From: a bacterium
GTDB taxonomy: Bacteria; Hydrothermota; 32-111
Length of the DNA: 64,000 bases
Assembly (NCBI GenBank): GCA_050239825.1
Contig: JBFXGO010000002.1
Span: 817-64,816 of the forward strand
Direction of reading: 5' to 3'
Position 1 is the first letter of the stretch, and each line of letters begins with the position of its first letter. Under the pieces are notes generated by a model that was not told the DNA's origin, ran no database searches, and saw nothing but the letters and a program-made list of their open reading frames with translations. Shown in pieces: positions 28,733-39,375 of this stretch. The position numbers and the translations under genes are program-made.

Positions 28733-31015
28733 ATGAAAAGATTAGTGGTATTTTTAATTCTGTCACTTGCATTTTTGTCTGTTCTTGCTGATTCCGGAGG
28801 AGACCCAAGTAGAAATACTTACGGAATCAATGCTGTTTCCGGTATTGATTCGGTAATCGACACAATGAATACAGGGAGAACACTCTCAAATGGAGTGGAA
28901 TTTGACGGAAGACAATTCTTTATCATAAACAATGAAAGCGCAAGAATGTATAAGATGGATTACATTTACGGTCTCATTGATTCTTTTGCAATGCCTGTTG
29001 CCGGATATCACATGGGTATAGGAATAGTGAATGACATACTCTATGTTTCAAATTTGACAACAGGAAATATTGACAAAATGACAAAAGCCGGAGTCTCTGT
29101 TACTTCTATTGCCTCACCCGGAGGCACAGGAGCACGAGGAGTTACAAGCGACGGAATTCATCTTTACATTGCCACAACAGACGGATTTATATGCGTCACC
29201 GATACTCTCATGAACATAATAGATACGATTCATATTTCTTCAGTAATCGGATGGCCCATGGATATGGCTTTCTGCTCTGAAGATTCAACATTGTGGGTAC
29301 TCGACGATGTTACACAGTTCGTAAAAAAACTAGATATTTCAATTGACCCACCGGTAGTTTTGGACAGCATTGCTGTTTTAAACGGCGCAACAAATACCGG
29401 CGAGGGTGTTGCCTTTGATGGGAATGATATATGGATAAGCACCTATACTGACCCTCAGATATTCAGATACGATGTCGGATATGCAAAGACGAGGGTTGCT
29501 TATTTTGAGGATCATGCTCCCTGGGGATCTTGGGCAAATGAGGATGTTCTCTGCAGAAACAGAGTGGCATACCATTATTTTTCCGTTCTTGACTTGCCGA
29601 CAATGGACCTTTCAAAATTTCAGAAGGCAATATTCGCAAGCCAGCAGGAACTTTCATTCTATCAGGCAATTGCAGATAACAGAACAAAGATAGAGACGTG
29701 GATTTCAAGTGGTGGAATATTCCAGCTCAATGGAGCGACTTTCTCATCAGATGCATGGGACGGACTTGTGATGCCCGGAGGATTCTCAATGACCTTTCAG
29801 CAGATTGATACTGCCACAATTGTAAGCGCTTGGCATCCGCTTCTTAACGAACCTGTGACGATGGATTCTTCTATGCTTGTCGATTGGGGAACAGTCTTCC
29901 ACGGACGCCTTACAGGACTTCCTGCAGACGCTTATAATATTCTTTTGACGGGTGACTCACTCAACCCCTCTCTATCTGTTTTCAGAATGGGAAAGGGAGG
30001 CGTAATTGCAACAACGCTTACTGCAGAGTATGCCTTTGATAATGCTCTTTCGGAAATTATAGAAAACATTGACATGTACTGGTTGTACGGGTGCTCTCCC
30101 AATGTGCTTTGGGCAGTAGCAGAGCCCAACTCTCCTGTAATGATAAAGGAAATTGAAGAGTATCCTGATTTCGGAAATATTGATTATATGGATGCAGGAA
30201 TTTTTATTCCAAATCAGCAAGATATGTCTCTTTATGATGTTATTTTGACTTATCCGGATTATCCTTATGCAGATCCCGAATCAATTGGAGATTCACTTTT
30301 TGAACATGTTGCAAACGGCAAGTGGGTTATCACATGCGGATGGTCATGGTTCACAACCGGACATTACCTCGGAGGAGAAATAATGAAAAATACATACAAT
30401 CCATTCTCTCCCCTTGACGGTAACAACCACTTTTCAACTGCCAACCTCGGTGCATTTGTCGCAGGACATGAGTTCATGAATAATGTCTCCTCTCTTTCTT
30501 CTTATTACAGGGATTATCTCGTTCTCAATTCCGGAGCAGACACTGTGGCAAGATGGGATGATGATGAATGGCTCCTCGGTTACAGAAATCTTCCCGGAAT
30601 ACTCGGAGGAATAGTCGGTCTCAATATAGTTCCAACAGATCAGTATGTCATTTCCGGAGAACTCGGAGGCGATTATATTCAGCTTTTACATAATGTTCTG
30701 CTTGTTTCGGAGCTTACTCCGGTTGAAGAGGTTGCTCTTGACGGAAAAACAAATGCATTCAAAACCGAAATAACCTCAATTACATCGGGCATTTTCAAGG
30801 CATCATTCTCTCAGCCCGTAACGGAACCTGTCAAACTTTCAGTTTATGACAAGACCGGTAGAGAGATTTCAGTGAAAACATTCTTCAAGTCTTCGGGCAT
30901 CAAAGAGGCATCCTTTGACGCCAAAAAGACAGGAATTTCATCGGGAGTATATTTCTTCAAGATTGAATCCGGAAAGAATCTCGTCAGCGGAAAATTTTTA
31001 TACATTTCAAAATAA
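28733..31015 (+). CDS. Large secreted protein of the local paralogous family with a C-terminal T9SS sorting domain
   Basis: Signal peptide MKRLVVFLILSLAFLSVLA after a GGAGG SD. C-terminal KLSVYDKTGREISVKTFF...GVYFFKIESGKNLVSGKFLYISK has T9SS CTD character. Segments SGGIFQLNGATF and NGKWVITCGWSW echo the 19775 and 20856 paralogs. Confidence 0.6.
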   Translation: MKRLVVFLILSLAFLSVLADSGGDPSRNTYGINAVSGIDSVIDTMNTGRTLSNGVEFDGRQFFIINNESARMYKMDYIYGLIDSFAMPVAGYHMGIGIVNDILYVSNLTTGNIDKMTKAGVSVTSIASPGGTGARGVTSDGIHLYIATTDGFICVTDTLMNIIDTIHISSVIGWPMDMAFCSEDSTLWVLDDVTQFVKKLDISIDPPVVLDSIAVLNGATNTGEGVAFDGNDIWISTYTDPQIFRYDVGYAKTRVAYFEDHAPWGSWANEDVLCRNRVAYHYFSVLDLPTMDLSKFQKAIFASQQELSFYQAIADNRTKIETWISSGGIFQLNGATFSSDAWDGLVMPGGFSMTFQQIDTATIVSAWHPLLNEPVTMDSSMLVDWGTVFHGRLTGLPADAYNILLTGDSLNPSLSVFRMGKGGVIATTLTAEYAFDNALSEIIENIDMYWLYGCSPNVLWAVAEPNSPVMIKEIEEYPDFGNIDYMDAGIFIPNQQDMSLYDVILTYPDYPYADPESIGDSLFEHVANGKWVITCGWSWFTTGHYLGGEIMKNTYNPFSPLDGNNHFSTANLGAFVAGHEFMNNVSSLSSYYRDYLVLNSGADTVARWDDDEWLLGYRNLPGILGGIVGLNIVPTDQYVISGELGGDYIQLLHNVLLVSELTPVEEVALDGKTNAFKTEITSITSGIFKASFSQPVTEPVKLSVYDKTGREISVKTFFKSSGIKEASFDAKKTGISSGVYFFKIESGKNLVSGKFLYISK

Positions 31016-31029
31016 TTTTCAAATTCTCA

Positions 31030-31058
31030 GGGGAGCGCTCAAGGCGCTCCCCATTTTA
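31030..31058 (+). terminator. Rho-independent terminator
   Basis: GGGGAGCGC-TCAAG-GCGCTCCCC followed by ATTTTA. Confidence 0.6.
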
Positions 31059-31175
31059 CATCTTGACTTATCTTTTTTATTGATATAAAATAAATAAAAA
31101 AAAGGAGGTATTTGGGAATTGCATAAATCTGTTAATAATAAGTTATTTGTAACAATCAAAACAAAGGAGGAAAGG

Positions 31176-32801
31176 ATGACTTTTAAGAGAGTTTTATTTT
31201 TACTCACTCTCTCTGTTCTCTGCATCTCTCTTTCGGCTCAATTTGTATCATTCAGGTCTCTGTCAACAGCAGGACTTATTGATGACAATATTGAAGCGAT
31301 ACTTGCAGTGACCGAGATGACTTATGTTGACGGGTTCAATGTTTTTACGAACCTTTCAAATTTCAACTATCTGTCGGAAGATATTTTTGACGGATACTCT
31401 GACAATTATCTTGTGGGTTTCAAGGGATCAATGATGGATATGCTTCATCTTGGATTCCTCTCTGTCTCCAACGGCTACTCTGAGGGATATGCGGACACGA
31501 CTATCGCAACAGAGTATATAGACAACAACAATGACGAGCAGTATGACGAGTTGGTTAGCGAGACAAATAACTACTCCGATTTGGAGGCTGATAACTGGTC
31601 AACAAATTACCTTGCATTCACTTTTGGCAAACCGGAAGGCCTGAAGGCAGGATTCTCCTATACAAACAACAGGGGCGCCTATACCTATGATGAGATTTAC
31701 AATGACGAGATTATGGATTCAAACATAATCTCAGGCGACCTCATGAGACTATACAATGAGTGGTATGATTACACTTATGAAAATTTGTATACTGACAACT
31801 ATTACACTCTCAATGGAGCATTCTCTGCGGGCGCAATGGAATTTGCACTGAGCATCGGTCTTGATTTCTTCAAAGAGGTTTATTTTGGATACGATGTCGA
31901 ATCTATTTATGAAAACCTCTCTCCTTCAGACCCATCCATCGTGAACTTTTGGAGTGAAGATTTCAATGATTCTTCTGACTACATAACAAACGGATTCGGA
32001 TGGAACATTGGTTTAAAGGGCTATTACCGCACAACAAATCAGGATTCAGTAGAATTCGGCGGATACTTCTCAAATACAAACTACGGACGAACAAACGTTA
32101 CAGAATATTATATATACAATTACAACGAAGTTCTTCCCGGAGTGGTTGATGAAGAAAGGTATAGTTTTTCATACAGAGATTCATACGGCGACTCTGTCAG
32201 CATGTACTCCGAAACATATCTGTCATGGGGCATGGGCGGAAAATTTGTAAAGAAGCTTGAAAAAGCGCACTTTGCAATGGGCGCCTTCTTCGGACAGTCA
32301 AAGGATTCTTACATTGACACAGTTATCTATGATTACAGGTATGATGAGTCCTATGACGATGGAAACGGAGTAGATGACGCAGGAGATTATGTATATCTTG
32401 AAACAGGTTCATACTCCGGAGAGTATGTCTATAACAGTCTCTCGACCTATCTCCAAATGCCGGTAGGAATAGAGTATAACTTCTGGGGACCCCTTACAGG
32501 TCGTCTTGGAGCGAACACACAGCTGAGCTGGAGAAATTCATACAATTCAAGCAAATACTTTGCATTTGACCCGGGAACATACACAGTCACTTATGGAGAC
32601 GGCTCTGTTTATGAATATCTCAATGACTGGGATACATACAGGGAGGATTATTCGTACGGATATTCATCATTCTATCGCGAGACCTACTTTGAATACGGAA
32701 TAGGCTGGGAGATTTCAAAGAATGTCAAGATTGACCTTATGGGATTCTCCGATTTGACGGATTTGACAGACTGGTCAATTTCAGCCAATGTCAAGTTTTA
32801 A
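31176..32801 (+). CDS. Tyr/Asp/Asn-rich outer-membrane beta-barrel-like protein (hypothetical)
   Basis: The ATG at 31176 follows AAAGGAGG. Signal peptide MTFKRVLFLLTLSVLCISLSA. Alternating aromatic pattern. C-terminal ISANVKF (terminal Phe). Confidence 0.5.
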   Translation: MTFKRVLFLLTLSVLCISLSAQFVSFRSLSTAGLIDDNIEAILAVTEMTYVDGFNVFTNLSNFNYLSEDIFDGYSDNYLVGFKGSMMDMLHLGFLSVSNGYSEGYADTTIATEYIDNNNDEQYDELVSETNNYSDLEADNWSTNYLAFTFGKPEGLKAGFSYTNNRGAYTYDEIYNDEIMDSNIISGDLMRLYNEWYDYTYENLYTDNYYTLNGAFSAGAMEFALSIGLDFFKEVYFGYDVESIYENLSPSDPSIVNFWSEDFNDSSDYITNGFGWNIGLKGYYRTTNQDSVEFGGYFSNTNYGRTNVTEYYIYNYNEVLPGVVDEERYSFSYRDSYGDSVSMYSETYLSWGMGGKFVKKLEKAHFAMGAFFGQSKDSYIDTVIYDYRYDESYDDGNGVDDAGDYVYLETGSYSGEYVYNSLSTYLQMPVGIEYNFWGPLTGRLGANTQLSWRNSYNSSKYFAFDPGTYTVTYGDGSVYEYLNDWDTYREDYSYGYSSFYRETYFEYGIGWEISKNVKIDLMGFSDLTDLTDWSISANVKF

Positions 32802-32816
32802 TTTTAGGAGGAAACA

Positions 32817-34070
32817 ATGAAAAGATTTATACCATTGATTCTTGCAATACTGCTCATTGCAGCCGGCTGCACATTTAAACCGTATGACGGAGCCGACTAT
32901 TCGGCAAATTTTGAACCGGCATTAACCGGAGTGAAACCAATGAACATCACAGGGTCAACACCCGCCAATGAGGGCAATATTCAGGACACAGATGGGGACA
33001 CCGGAGATGTCGAAGGCATCATCTATGTTTATTTCAACGACTATCTCTCTTCAAGCGTTGTGAATGCAACAAATTTCGAACTTATGGAGAACAACTCCGA
33101 CGGAAGCATTGAGGATATCACTGTTAAATATGAGAAGAATTTCAAGAGAGTAAAGATAACAGCTACATTTGCAAACGGAGCAACATACTCTCTTAGAATT
33201 TCAGGAGACCTTGTATCTGACGGAGGATGTTTCCTTGACGGCAATGGAAATGATATAGACGATGATTCTCCATACGATGATGTTTACTTTCAGTTTAGAA
33301 CCGGAGGAGCATCTGACTGGGCAGACCACAAACACCCTGAATTGAATACACTGATTCCCAACGGAGGAGATGTCAATGTTGATGATATGTTCTTAGTCTC
33401 TTTCGACGAATATGTGGACTCGGAAGCGCTTGTAGAAAATGTCTCACTCATCCGCGAAAGCAATGAAAATGAGGAAGACCTTGAGCTTCTACTTTATTTC
33501 GGAAATGGAGCGATATTCGGAGTAGAAGGCGGAGATTCTCTTGCAGAGAGACAGGCATATACTCTTACAGTAAAATGCAGTGAAATTACAGACACTTTTG
33601 GAAATGTCGCGCTTCCACCAGACTACCCTTATTCTGCGAAGATTCCGGATTTCAGCTCAAGATTCATGACAAACTCGTTCAGCGGTGATGATTACACCCC
33701 GCCGACGGCAAATGTTTCATTCTCGGGGGGCGCACCATTCCTTACAATAAACTTCAGTGAAGCAATGAACATCACAACTTTGACATCAGCAAACATAAAA
33801 TTTTACGCTGATTTCGGAAACGGTCCTGTATATGTGCCGGGTGAACTTTCAATACATCCGGACACTTCAGCTGTCGACTATTCTCTGATAAATTTGAACT
33901 GGGATGATTTCAATCAGGGACTTATAGTAATACAGAAAGAGGTGACAGACAATTCAGACAAGAACTGGCAGCTTGATGCAAATGGAAACGGCATAGGCGG
34001 AGAAGATGCTGACCTTAACAGGGAGTTTTTCAATTCAGAAGAATCTGACATCTATTATGAATGGTTTTAA
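32817..34070 (+). CDS. Hypothetical lipoprotein with Ig-like beta-sandwich repeats
   Basis: Lipobox LIAAGCT. Repeated NxT/DG-rich beta segments. Directly downstream of the OMP gene, so a likely OMP-lipoprotein pair. Confidence 0.45.
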   Translation: MKRFIPLILAILLIAAGCTFKPYDGADYSANFEPALTGVKPMNITGSTPANEGNIQDTDGDTGDVEGIIYVYFNDYLSSSVVNATNFELMENNSDGSIEDITVKYEKNFKRVKITATFANGATYSLRISGDLVSDGGCFLDGNGNDIDDDSPYDDVYFQFRTGGASDWADHKHPELNTLIPNGGDVNVDDMFLVSFDEYVDSEALVENVSLIRESNENEEDLELLLYFGNGAIFGVEGGDSLAERQAYTLTVKCSEITDTFGNVALPPDYPYSAKIPDFSSRFMTNSFSGDDYTPPTANVSFSGGAPFLTINFSEAMNITTLTSANIKFYADFGNGPVYVPGELSIHPDTSAVDYSLINLNWDDFNQGLIVIQKEVTDNSDKNWQLDANGNGIGGEDADLNREFFNSEESDIYYEWF

Positions 34071-34085
34071 TTAACCGCACCAAAT

Positions 34086-34115
34086 AAAAAGGGGGCTTCA
34101 AGCCCCCTTTTTTTA
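34086..34115. terminator. Bidirectional rho-independent terminator between convergent genes
   Basis: AAAAAGGGGGCTT-CA-AGCCCCCTTTTTTT. A-run on one side and T-run on the other. Confidence 0.75.
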
Positions 34116-34127
34116 TTCTCTGTTTTG

Positions 34128-36887
34128 CTATTTAACTATCGCCACTTTCTTCAAATACCTCTTATCTGAAAATTCAACATTCACAAAATAGACTCCCGCC
34201 AATAACTCTTTCCCGAAAGAGATTCTCTGGGATCCGCCGTTTACCAAGATATCTTTTTTTACTATAACTCTGCCTGCGATGTCTATTAAAGAGATTTTTG
34301 CAAGACCTTTCTTTTCACCCGAAAAAGCAACATTGACATTGTTCATGTTTGATGTTACCGAAAAGAAGAGTTCAGGTTGAATCTCCCTATCTATGCAGAC
34401 GGATGAGATGTCTCCAAACATCTGAAGAATGTTTTTCACGAGATTTTTGGCATCAGCGGTATTCATGTAAAAAAGCGGAGCCGCAACTATTACAACTGAT
34501 GTATCTGCGGTGGCTATAATCAAAGGCTTTCCTCCAAAGAGAGTATCTCCGGAAAATGAATGGTAAAAACCTTTTGCCTGCGAACCAGATGTAAGAGAGA
34601 AGATTCCTCCATAGTACATCTTCCCCTCTCCCCTCGGAAGTTTTGTCTCTAAAAACCTAATTGTATCAGTCTCGCCATTCATTGTATAGTTTATAAAGTC
34701 AAGGTCATACAGAGTATTTCTGTTGTAAGAATCTATTCCGAGAAGAGTTCTTGCCTTTGAATTGGAATCAGAGTATGCGGGAAATGATACCGGATATTCC
34801 AATATAGATTTTCCTATATTCCATCCGGCAAGTGCAACTCTTCCTCCCGCTTCAACATACCTGTAAAGGTCTTCATAATCGATTTTATTGAGGCTGAGAT
34901 CATCATCAATATAAAGAATCCTCTTGTAGAGTGCGAATTCCACAAGAGTCGTCTTTGCCAGAGAATCAGCGTCGATAATATCAAATGCAAAATTACCCAT
35001 AATTGAATCGTAGAAGGCATCCGTTGCTCCGTCAAGAGCTGTTCCTCCGTTATTTGTTTCGTCAATAACCAGAAGCTCCTTCACCCTGCTCACAATCCTG
35101 GTTTCCAGTGTATCAGAGAAGGCGGACTCGTAGCCGTCCGTATCAACAGCTGTCACTGTATATCTGAAAACGGAAGTATCCGAGAGCATCAAATCAATGT
35201 AGAGTGTGTCCGCAGTCGTATCTATTTCAGAGAATGAAGAATTGTTGATACTTCTGTATATTCTATAAAAAGATATATCTCCTGCATTTGATTTATGGAA
35301 TGAGAGATATATGTTTGAACTGTCTCCGTATGCGTCTATACATTTTATTCTGTTGGGGACAAATGACGGCCGCACAGTATCTGTTGCCTCCGAGAAGGCT
35401 TCTATACCGGTTGTGTCAATCGGAGATATTCTGAATGTATAAAGAGCTCCGGGTACAAGAGATAACACTGTGTAGTCGTTCGTATCCGGCGCATCCGAGA
35501 ATTGCTCAGAGGTGTCTCCCTCCTTTTTATAGTAAATTCTGTATGATTCTATGTCTGTGTTTATGGTCTTTGTCCATGACACATCAATCGAAGAATCTCC
35601 ATTGTCCAAAAGAGTGAATTCGGTTACAGGAAGAGGCATCTGCGAAAGATAATAGACTGTTGCAGTTCCCGCCTGCACAAGCTCCTTCATGTAGTCAAAA
35701 TTCAAAAGCCCTATTGAATCCATGGGTGAATGATATACGGGAGAAAAATCATACTCTATTGCAAATGCAGATTTGAAGCCAGCCATGTCAAAAGGATAGT
35801 GGTCGCTTCCGGAACTTGAACCCAAAACGTGAGTCGTAAGTGTCGTGAATGTGTCTGCCATCATTGCAAATATATTTTTCAACGGTAAGGAGTGCGCCAT
35901 GCCATAAAGGTCATAGTGGTATGATGCAGAGGGATTGTACCCTATCATGTCAAAGTTGACCATTCCGAGAACATGCATGTTGTTCGGTATGATAAAGTCA
36001 TTGACAAAATAATCTGAACCGTAGAGACCCCACTCTTCTGCCGTAAAAAGCACAAAGTAAATGTCATAATCGCTCTCTATACCCATCAATGCTCTCGCCG
36101 CCTCCAAGACACCGGCGGAACCTGATGCATTGTCATCCGCTCCCGGGGCAATATTGTAATTTGAAGAGTAATCATCATAGTGTGCGCCAATCACTATGCA
36201 AGTATCATGGGAAATCAAACCTCTTTTAAGACCAACAACATTCTTTACATAGTATGTTGAGACAAAAAAGTCCTGTCCATAAACCGAATCAAATCCCATT
36301 GAGTCCATTACTCCTTTAAGATAGATATAGGCAGTATCAAGCCACGTTGTTACCATCACTCTTGATTTGCTGTATGTGCCCTGCGGATATGCATCTTCAC
36401 CGCTTAAAACAGCGACATAATCATAGAGGGTGTCCGAAGAGATTATATTTATTATAGAATCTATTTCACTCATAATTGATTTTTCACTGTCAAGATTTGC
36501 AGTATATAGGTAATCCAAAGTTTTTTTAGATGGTCTGGCAAAGGAGAGCTTGTATAGCTCCCATAATCCTCTTTCTCCCTGTAAAGGCATTCTGTCAAGA
36601 AGAAGAACCGAACTTTCAAAATCAGCATAGAGAAAATCCGGAACATATTTCACGCTTCTATCTTTTCCTACAGTAGCAATATAATACTCTTTATCTTTTT
36701 CATAAGGAATCTTTTTTATGATTTCTTTTCCTTCTACCGCGCCTGATGAAATACCTATTTTGAAAGTTTCAAGGTCATAATATTCTGTGACTCCTTCAAC
36801 AACTCCCCTGTAAATAACTATCTCATCCGCTGAGAGAAAAAAGATTGAAAAGAACAAGAGAAAAATCGGCAGTATTTTTTTCATCAA
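34128..36887 (-). CDS. Secreted M28-family aminopeptidase with fibronectin type III-like repeats and C-terminal T9SS sorting domain
   Basis: M28 zinc-site motifs HYDDYSSNYNIAPGADDNASG and FTAEEWGLYGS. FN3-like segments (PLPVTEFTLLDNGDSSIDVSWT). C-terminal ISLIDIAGRVIVKKDI...GVYFVNVEFSDKRYLKKVAIVK. Confidence 0.85.
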   Translation of the reverse strand: MMKKILPIFLLFFSIFFLSADEIVIYRGVVEGVTEYYDLETFKIGISSGAVEGKEIIKKIPYEKDKEYYIATVGKDRSVKYVPDFLYADFESSVLLLDRMPLQGERGLWELYKLSFARPSKKTLDYLYTANLDSEKSIMSEIDSIINIISSDTLYDYVAVLSGEDAYPQGTYSKSRVMVTTWLDTAYIYLKGVMDSMGFDSVYGQDFFVSTYYVKNVVGLKRGLISHDTCIVIGAHYDDYSSNYNIAPGADDNASGSAGVLEAARALMGIESDYDIYFVLFTAEEWGLYGSDYFVNDFIIPNNMHVLGMVNFDMIGYNPSASYHYDLYGMAHSLPLKNIFAMMADTFTTLTTHVLGSSSGSDHYPFDMAGFKSAFAIEYDFSPVYHSPMDSIGLLNFDYMKELVQAGTATVYYLSQMPLPVTEFTLLDNGDSSIDVSWTKTINTDIESYRIYYKKEGDTSEQFSDAPDTNDYTVLSLVPGALYTFRISPIDTTGIEAFSEATDTVRPSFVPNRIKCIDAYGDSSNIYLSFHKSNAGDISFYRIYRSINNSSFSEIDTTADTLYIDLMLSDTSVFRYTVTAVDTDGYESAFSDTLETRIVSRVKELLVIDETNNGGTALDGATDAFYDSIMGNFAFDIIDADSLAKTTLVEFALYKRILYIDDDLSLNKIDYEDLYRYVEAGGRVALAGWNIGKSILEYPVSFPAYSDSNSKARTLLGIDSYNRNTLYDLDFINYTMNGETDTIRFLETKLPRGEGKMYYGGIFSLTSGSQAKGFYHSFSGDTLFGGKPLIIATADTSVVIVAAPLFYMNTADAKNLVKNILQMFGDISSVCIDREIQPELFFSVTSNMNNVNVAFSGEKKGLAKISLIDIAGRVIVKKDILVNGGSQRISFGKELLAGVYFVNVEFSDKRYLKKVAIVK

Positions 36888-36945
36888 ATCTCCTTTTTTT
36901 ATTATTTATAATATAATCACAATTGTACTTATTTCAATATTGAAA

Positions 36946-39375
36946 TCAATAAAAACCGCACTCCTTTATTCCATTATACCCTTCTTTAATAACATCTTCT
37001 CCAAATATCATATATTCAGTCATATAAACTCCGGAGGAGAGCGGAAGAAAGAGTGTTGCTCTGGACTGTGCCTCTCTTGTCTGTCCTATGAATCCTGCTA
37101 TAAGATTATTGTTTTTTGTCTTCTTGCAGAAGATCATAGAGGTGTTTGTTGTTATAAATCGCTTCCCTTCATCAACTATCAGGTCATCCGTCATTTTAAC
37201 CGAGAGTTTTTCAAAGATTTTCCTTGCTTCCGTGCCCTCTTTGGGGATACCTATAAATACAATGTTTTTGCTTTCTTTTTCATCAACCATTGAATCGGCC
37301 ATCAAATTTAAAATTCCTCTGCATTTTACGGCAAACAGATTGCTTATATATGCCGCCTGAGATTCTGTTATATCCGAAATTGAATCATTTGTTGAATAAA
37401 CTAAAATAAAGGGTCTTTGGAACGCATAGTTTATCAGGGTATAATCATGACTCTCTATGGGTTTTTTACACAATGTGAATCTGTCATTCTTCATACAAAA
37501 AGAGATTTTTTTAGCAGGGGTCACAGAAAACTCATCTTTGTCTATGACAATTTTCACTTTGCCGCTGTAGGCTTTATCAACATTTAAAAGAGTGAATCCC
37601 TCGACATTATTTGTTTTTATGACAATTTCATTCAGATTAAGCTCTGCATCAATGCGCGATTTGTGATATTTTTTCTTTTGTCTGTCTATCCTCACAAAAT
37701 CAGAGGAATCCGAAACAAAGAGCGAGTATGTTGCAAAACTCATACTCCTTGATAAAACCGCTTTCTTTGATTGCTCAATAAAGTGTTTAATTTTATCGGA
37801 ATCAACGCAGTCAATGCCTGCCGTAGAGTCTAAGTCAAACCAGTGCTTTTCTTGAGGATATTCAAGGATCTGAGTTTCATTATTTTCTGCCTTAACTGCA
37901 TTGTAAAAGATTCTCGACTGATACACAGGCACATTGTCATCCGACTCTCCGTGAACGAGAAGAACATCCGTATTCCTCAGGTTTTCTATAAAACAGAGTG
38001 GATTTTCAAAATCCTTCAAGAGGTCTATGTTTTCCCTCACACTGCTGTTGCCGAACATATTCAGCCTCTGCATGTTTTGAGGCATGTATGTATTGAAATT
38101 GATCCATCCGGCAGAGGGAACTATCCCGGAAAAGATGTGCGCATAGAGAGCTCCGAGATACATTGCGCCATGCCCCCCCATGGAGTGTCCCGTCAGGGTA
38201 ATTCTACTCTCGTCAATTAAATATTTCTCCTTTATTTTCTCAAGAACTTCAAGAAAATCTATCCTTCCAAAATCCTGCCAGTCAAAACCGTATTCTCCCC
38301 TGTTTGTCGGGCAGACAAGGATTCCATTCTCCATCTCTCTGTATGAAGATGCCTGCCCCTCAGCTTTAACTCCAGCCCCGTGGAGAGAGAGAGTCAATGG
38401 GGCGGGCTTATTGTCTGAAAAATTTTTCGGAAGTCTTATAGCATAATATTGAATTGAAGAATCCATTGCAGAAATAAAAGTTTCACGCCTGACATCTTTT
38501 AGTTTTTTAACCTGAAGATTCAAACTCTCATTGTAAACCGTTTCACACGCTTCTATGGTCATTTGCACAACCTGGAGATTCTTCTCTTTGTGAACTCTCC
38601 TCATTTCGAGTTTTATAGGTATGTTCTTTACTCCGAGAGAAGGGATTGTATCAAAAATTGTTTGAAAAAAGAATGTAGAATCATTCTCATTATGAGAAAT
38701 TTCAATATCCATCCGAGTCAGTCCCGCATTCATCACTTGAACAGAGACCCAGCCGAGCATCAAAGAATCTTCAATTATATCAAACACGACAGAGGCAGAA
38801 TCATTGAAAATAAATGGTGTTTCCGCTGAATATACTTCAATATATGCATCGGCATAGCCATAGTAACCGCTTAATATAAAAGAAAATTTATTGATTCCCT
38901 TTTCAAGTAGAACGGGAGTTAAGATCTTCCGATTGCTGTATGGAGATGCCTGATACTTGATTGAATTTACAAAAAAATTCGAAACCCCTCCGGCATAAAT
39001 GAGAGCAATCCTCCTTTCATCAGATTCAATAGAAGAGAAGGCATAATATAAGGATAGAATCCCCGGGAACCCCATAGCTTCGTAAGCATTACTGAAAGCA
39101 AGAGTGTCGTGACTCAGGTGGATTTCATTATTTTTTGACTTATAATCCCAAAAATACAAATCTTTCGGTTCATAAAATCTGTAAGAGGAAGTCCATTCTT
39201 CATACATTTCAATCTCCGGATAGAATGGAATCTCTGCAACACCCTCTTTGGGGGCAAAATTCAAAGGACCGAGAATCTTCCACTCCCTTAAACCCGAAAT
39301 GTTTGATAGTTCCACACCCTGCAAAGATAAAAGCAGAAAGAGAAAAACTACGGAAAGAATGAGTATTCTGTTCAC
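36946..39375 (-). CDS. Secreted alpha/beta-hydrolase (S9 prolyl-oligopeptidase/esterase-like) with large N-terminal beta-rich region
   Basis: Nucleophile elbow GHSMGGHG. Upstream HG motif LSLHGAG. Signal peptide MNRILILSVVFLFLLLSLQG. Confidence 0.7.
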   Translation of the reverse strand: MNRILILSVVFLFLLLSLQGVELSNISGLREWKILGPLNFAPKEGVAEIPFYPEIEMYEEWTSSYRFYEPKDLYFWDYKSKNNEIHLSHDTLAFSNAYEAMGFPGILSLYYAFSSIESDERRIALIYAGGVSNFFVNSIKYQASPYSNRKILTPVLLEKGINKFSFILSGYYGYADAYIEVYSAETPFIFNDSASVVFDIIEDSLMLGWVSVQVMNAGLTRMDIEISHNENDSTFFFQTIFDTIPSLGVKNIPIKLEMRRVHKEKNLQVVQMTIEACETVYNESLNLQVKKLKDVRRETFISAMDSSIQYYAIRLPKNFSDNKPAPLTLSLHGAGVKAEGQASSYREMENGILVCPTNRGEYGFDWQDFGRIDFLEVLEKIKEKYLIDESRITLTGHSMGGHGAMYLGALYAHIFSGIVPSAGWINFNTYMPQNMQRLNMFGNSSVRENIDLLKDFENPLCFIENLRNTDVLLVHGESDDNVPVYQSRIFYNAVKAENNETQILEYPQEKHWFDLDSTAGIDCVDSDKIKHFIEQSKKAVLSRSMSFATYSLFVSDSSDFVRIDRQKKKYHKSRIDAELNLNEIVIKTNNVEGFTLLNVDKAYSGKVKIVIDKDEFSVTPAKKISFCMKNDRFTLCKKPIESHDYTLINYAFQRPFILVYSTNDSISDITESQAAYISNLFAVKCRGILNLMADSMVDEKESKNIVFIGIPKEGTEARKIFEKLSVKMTDDLIVDEGKRFITTNTSMIFCKKTKNNNLIAGFIGQTREAQSRATLFLPLSSGVYMTEYMIFGEDVIKEGYNGIKECGFY

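Noticed and set aside
31019-31225. 68-aa minus-strand ORF between the T9SS protein and the OMP gene
   Set aside because: It overlaps a plus-strand terminator hairpin and the SD and start of the OMP gene, and has no RBS.
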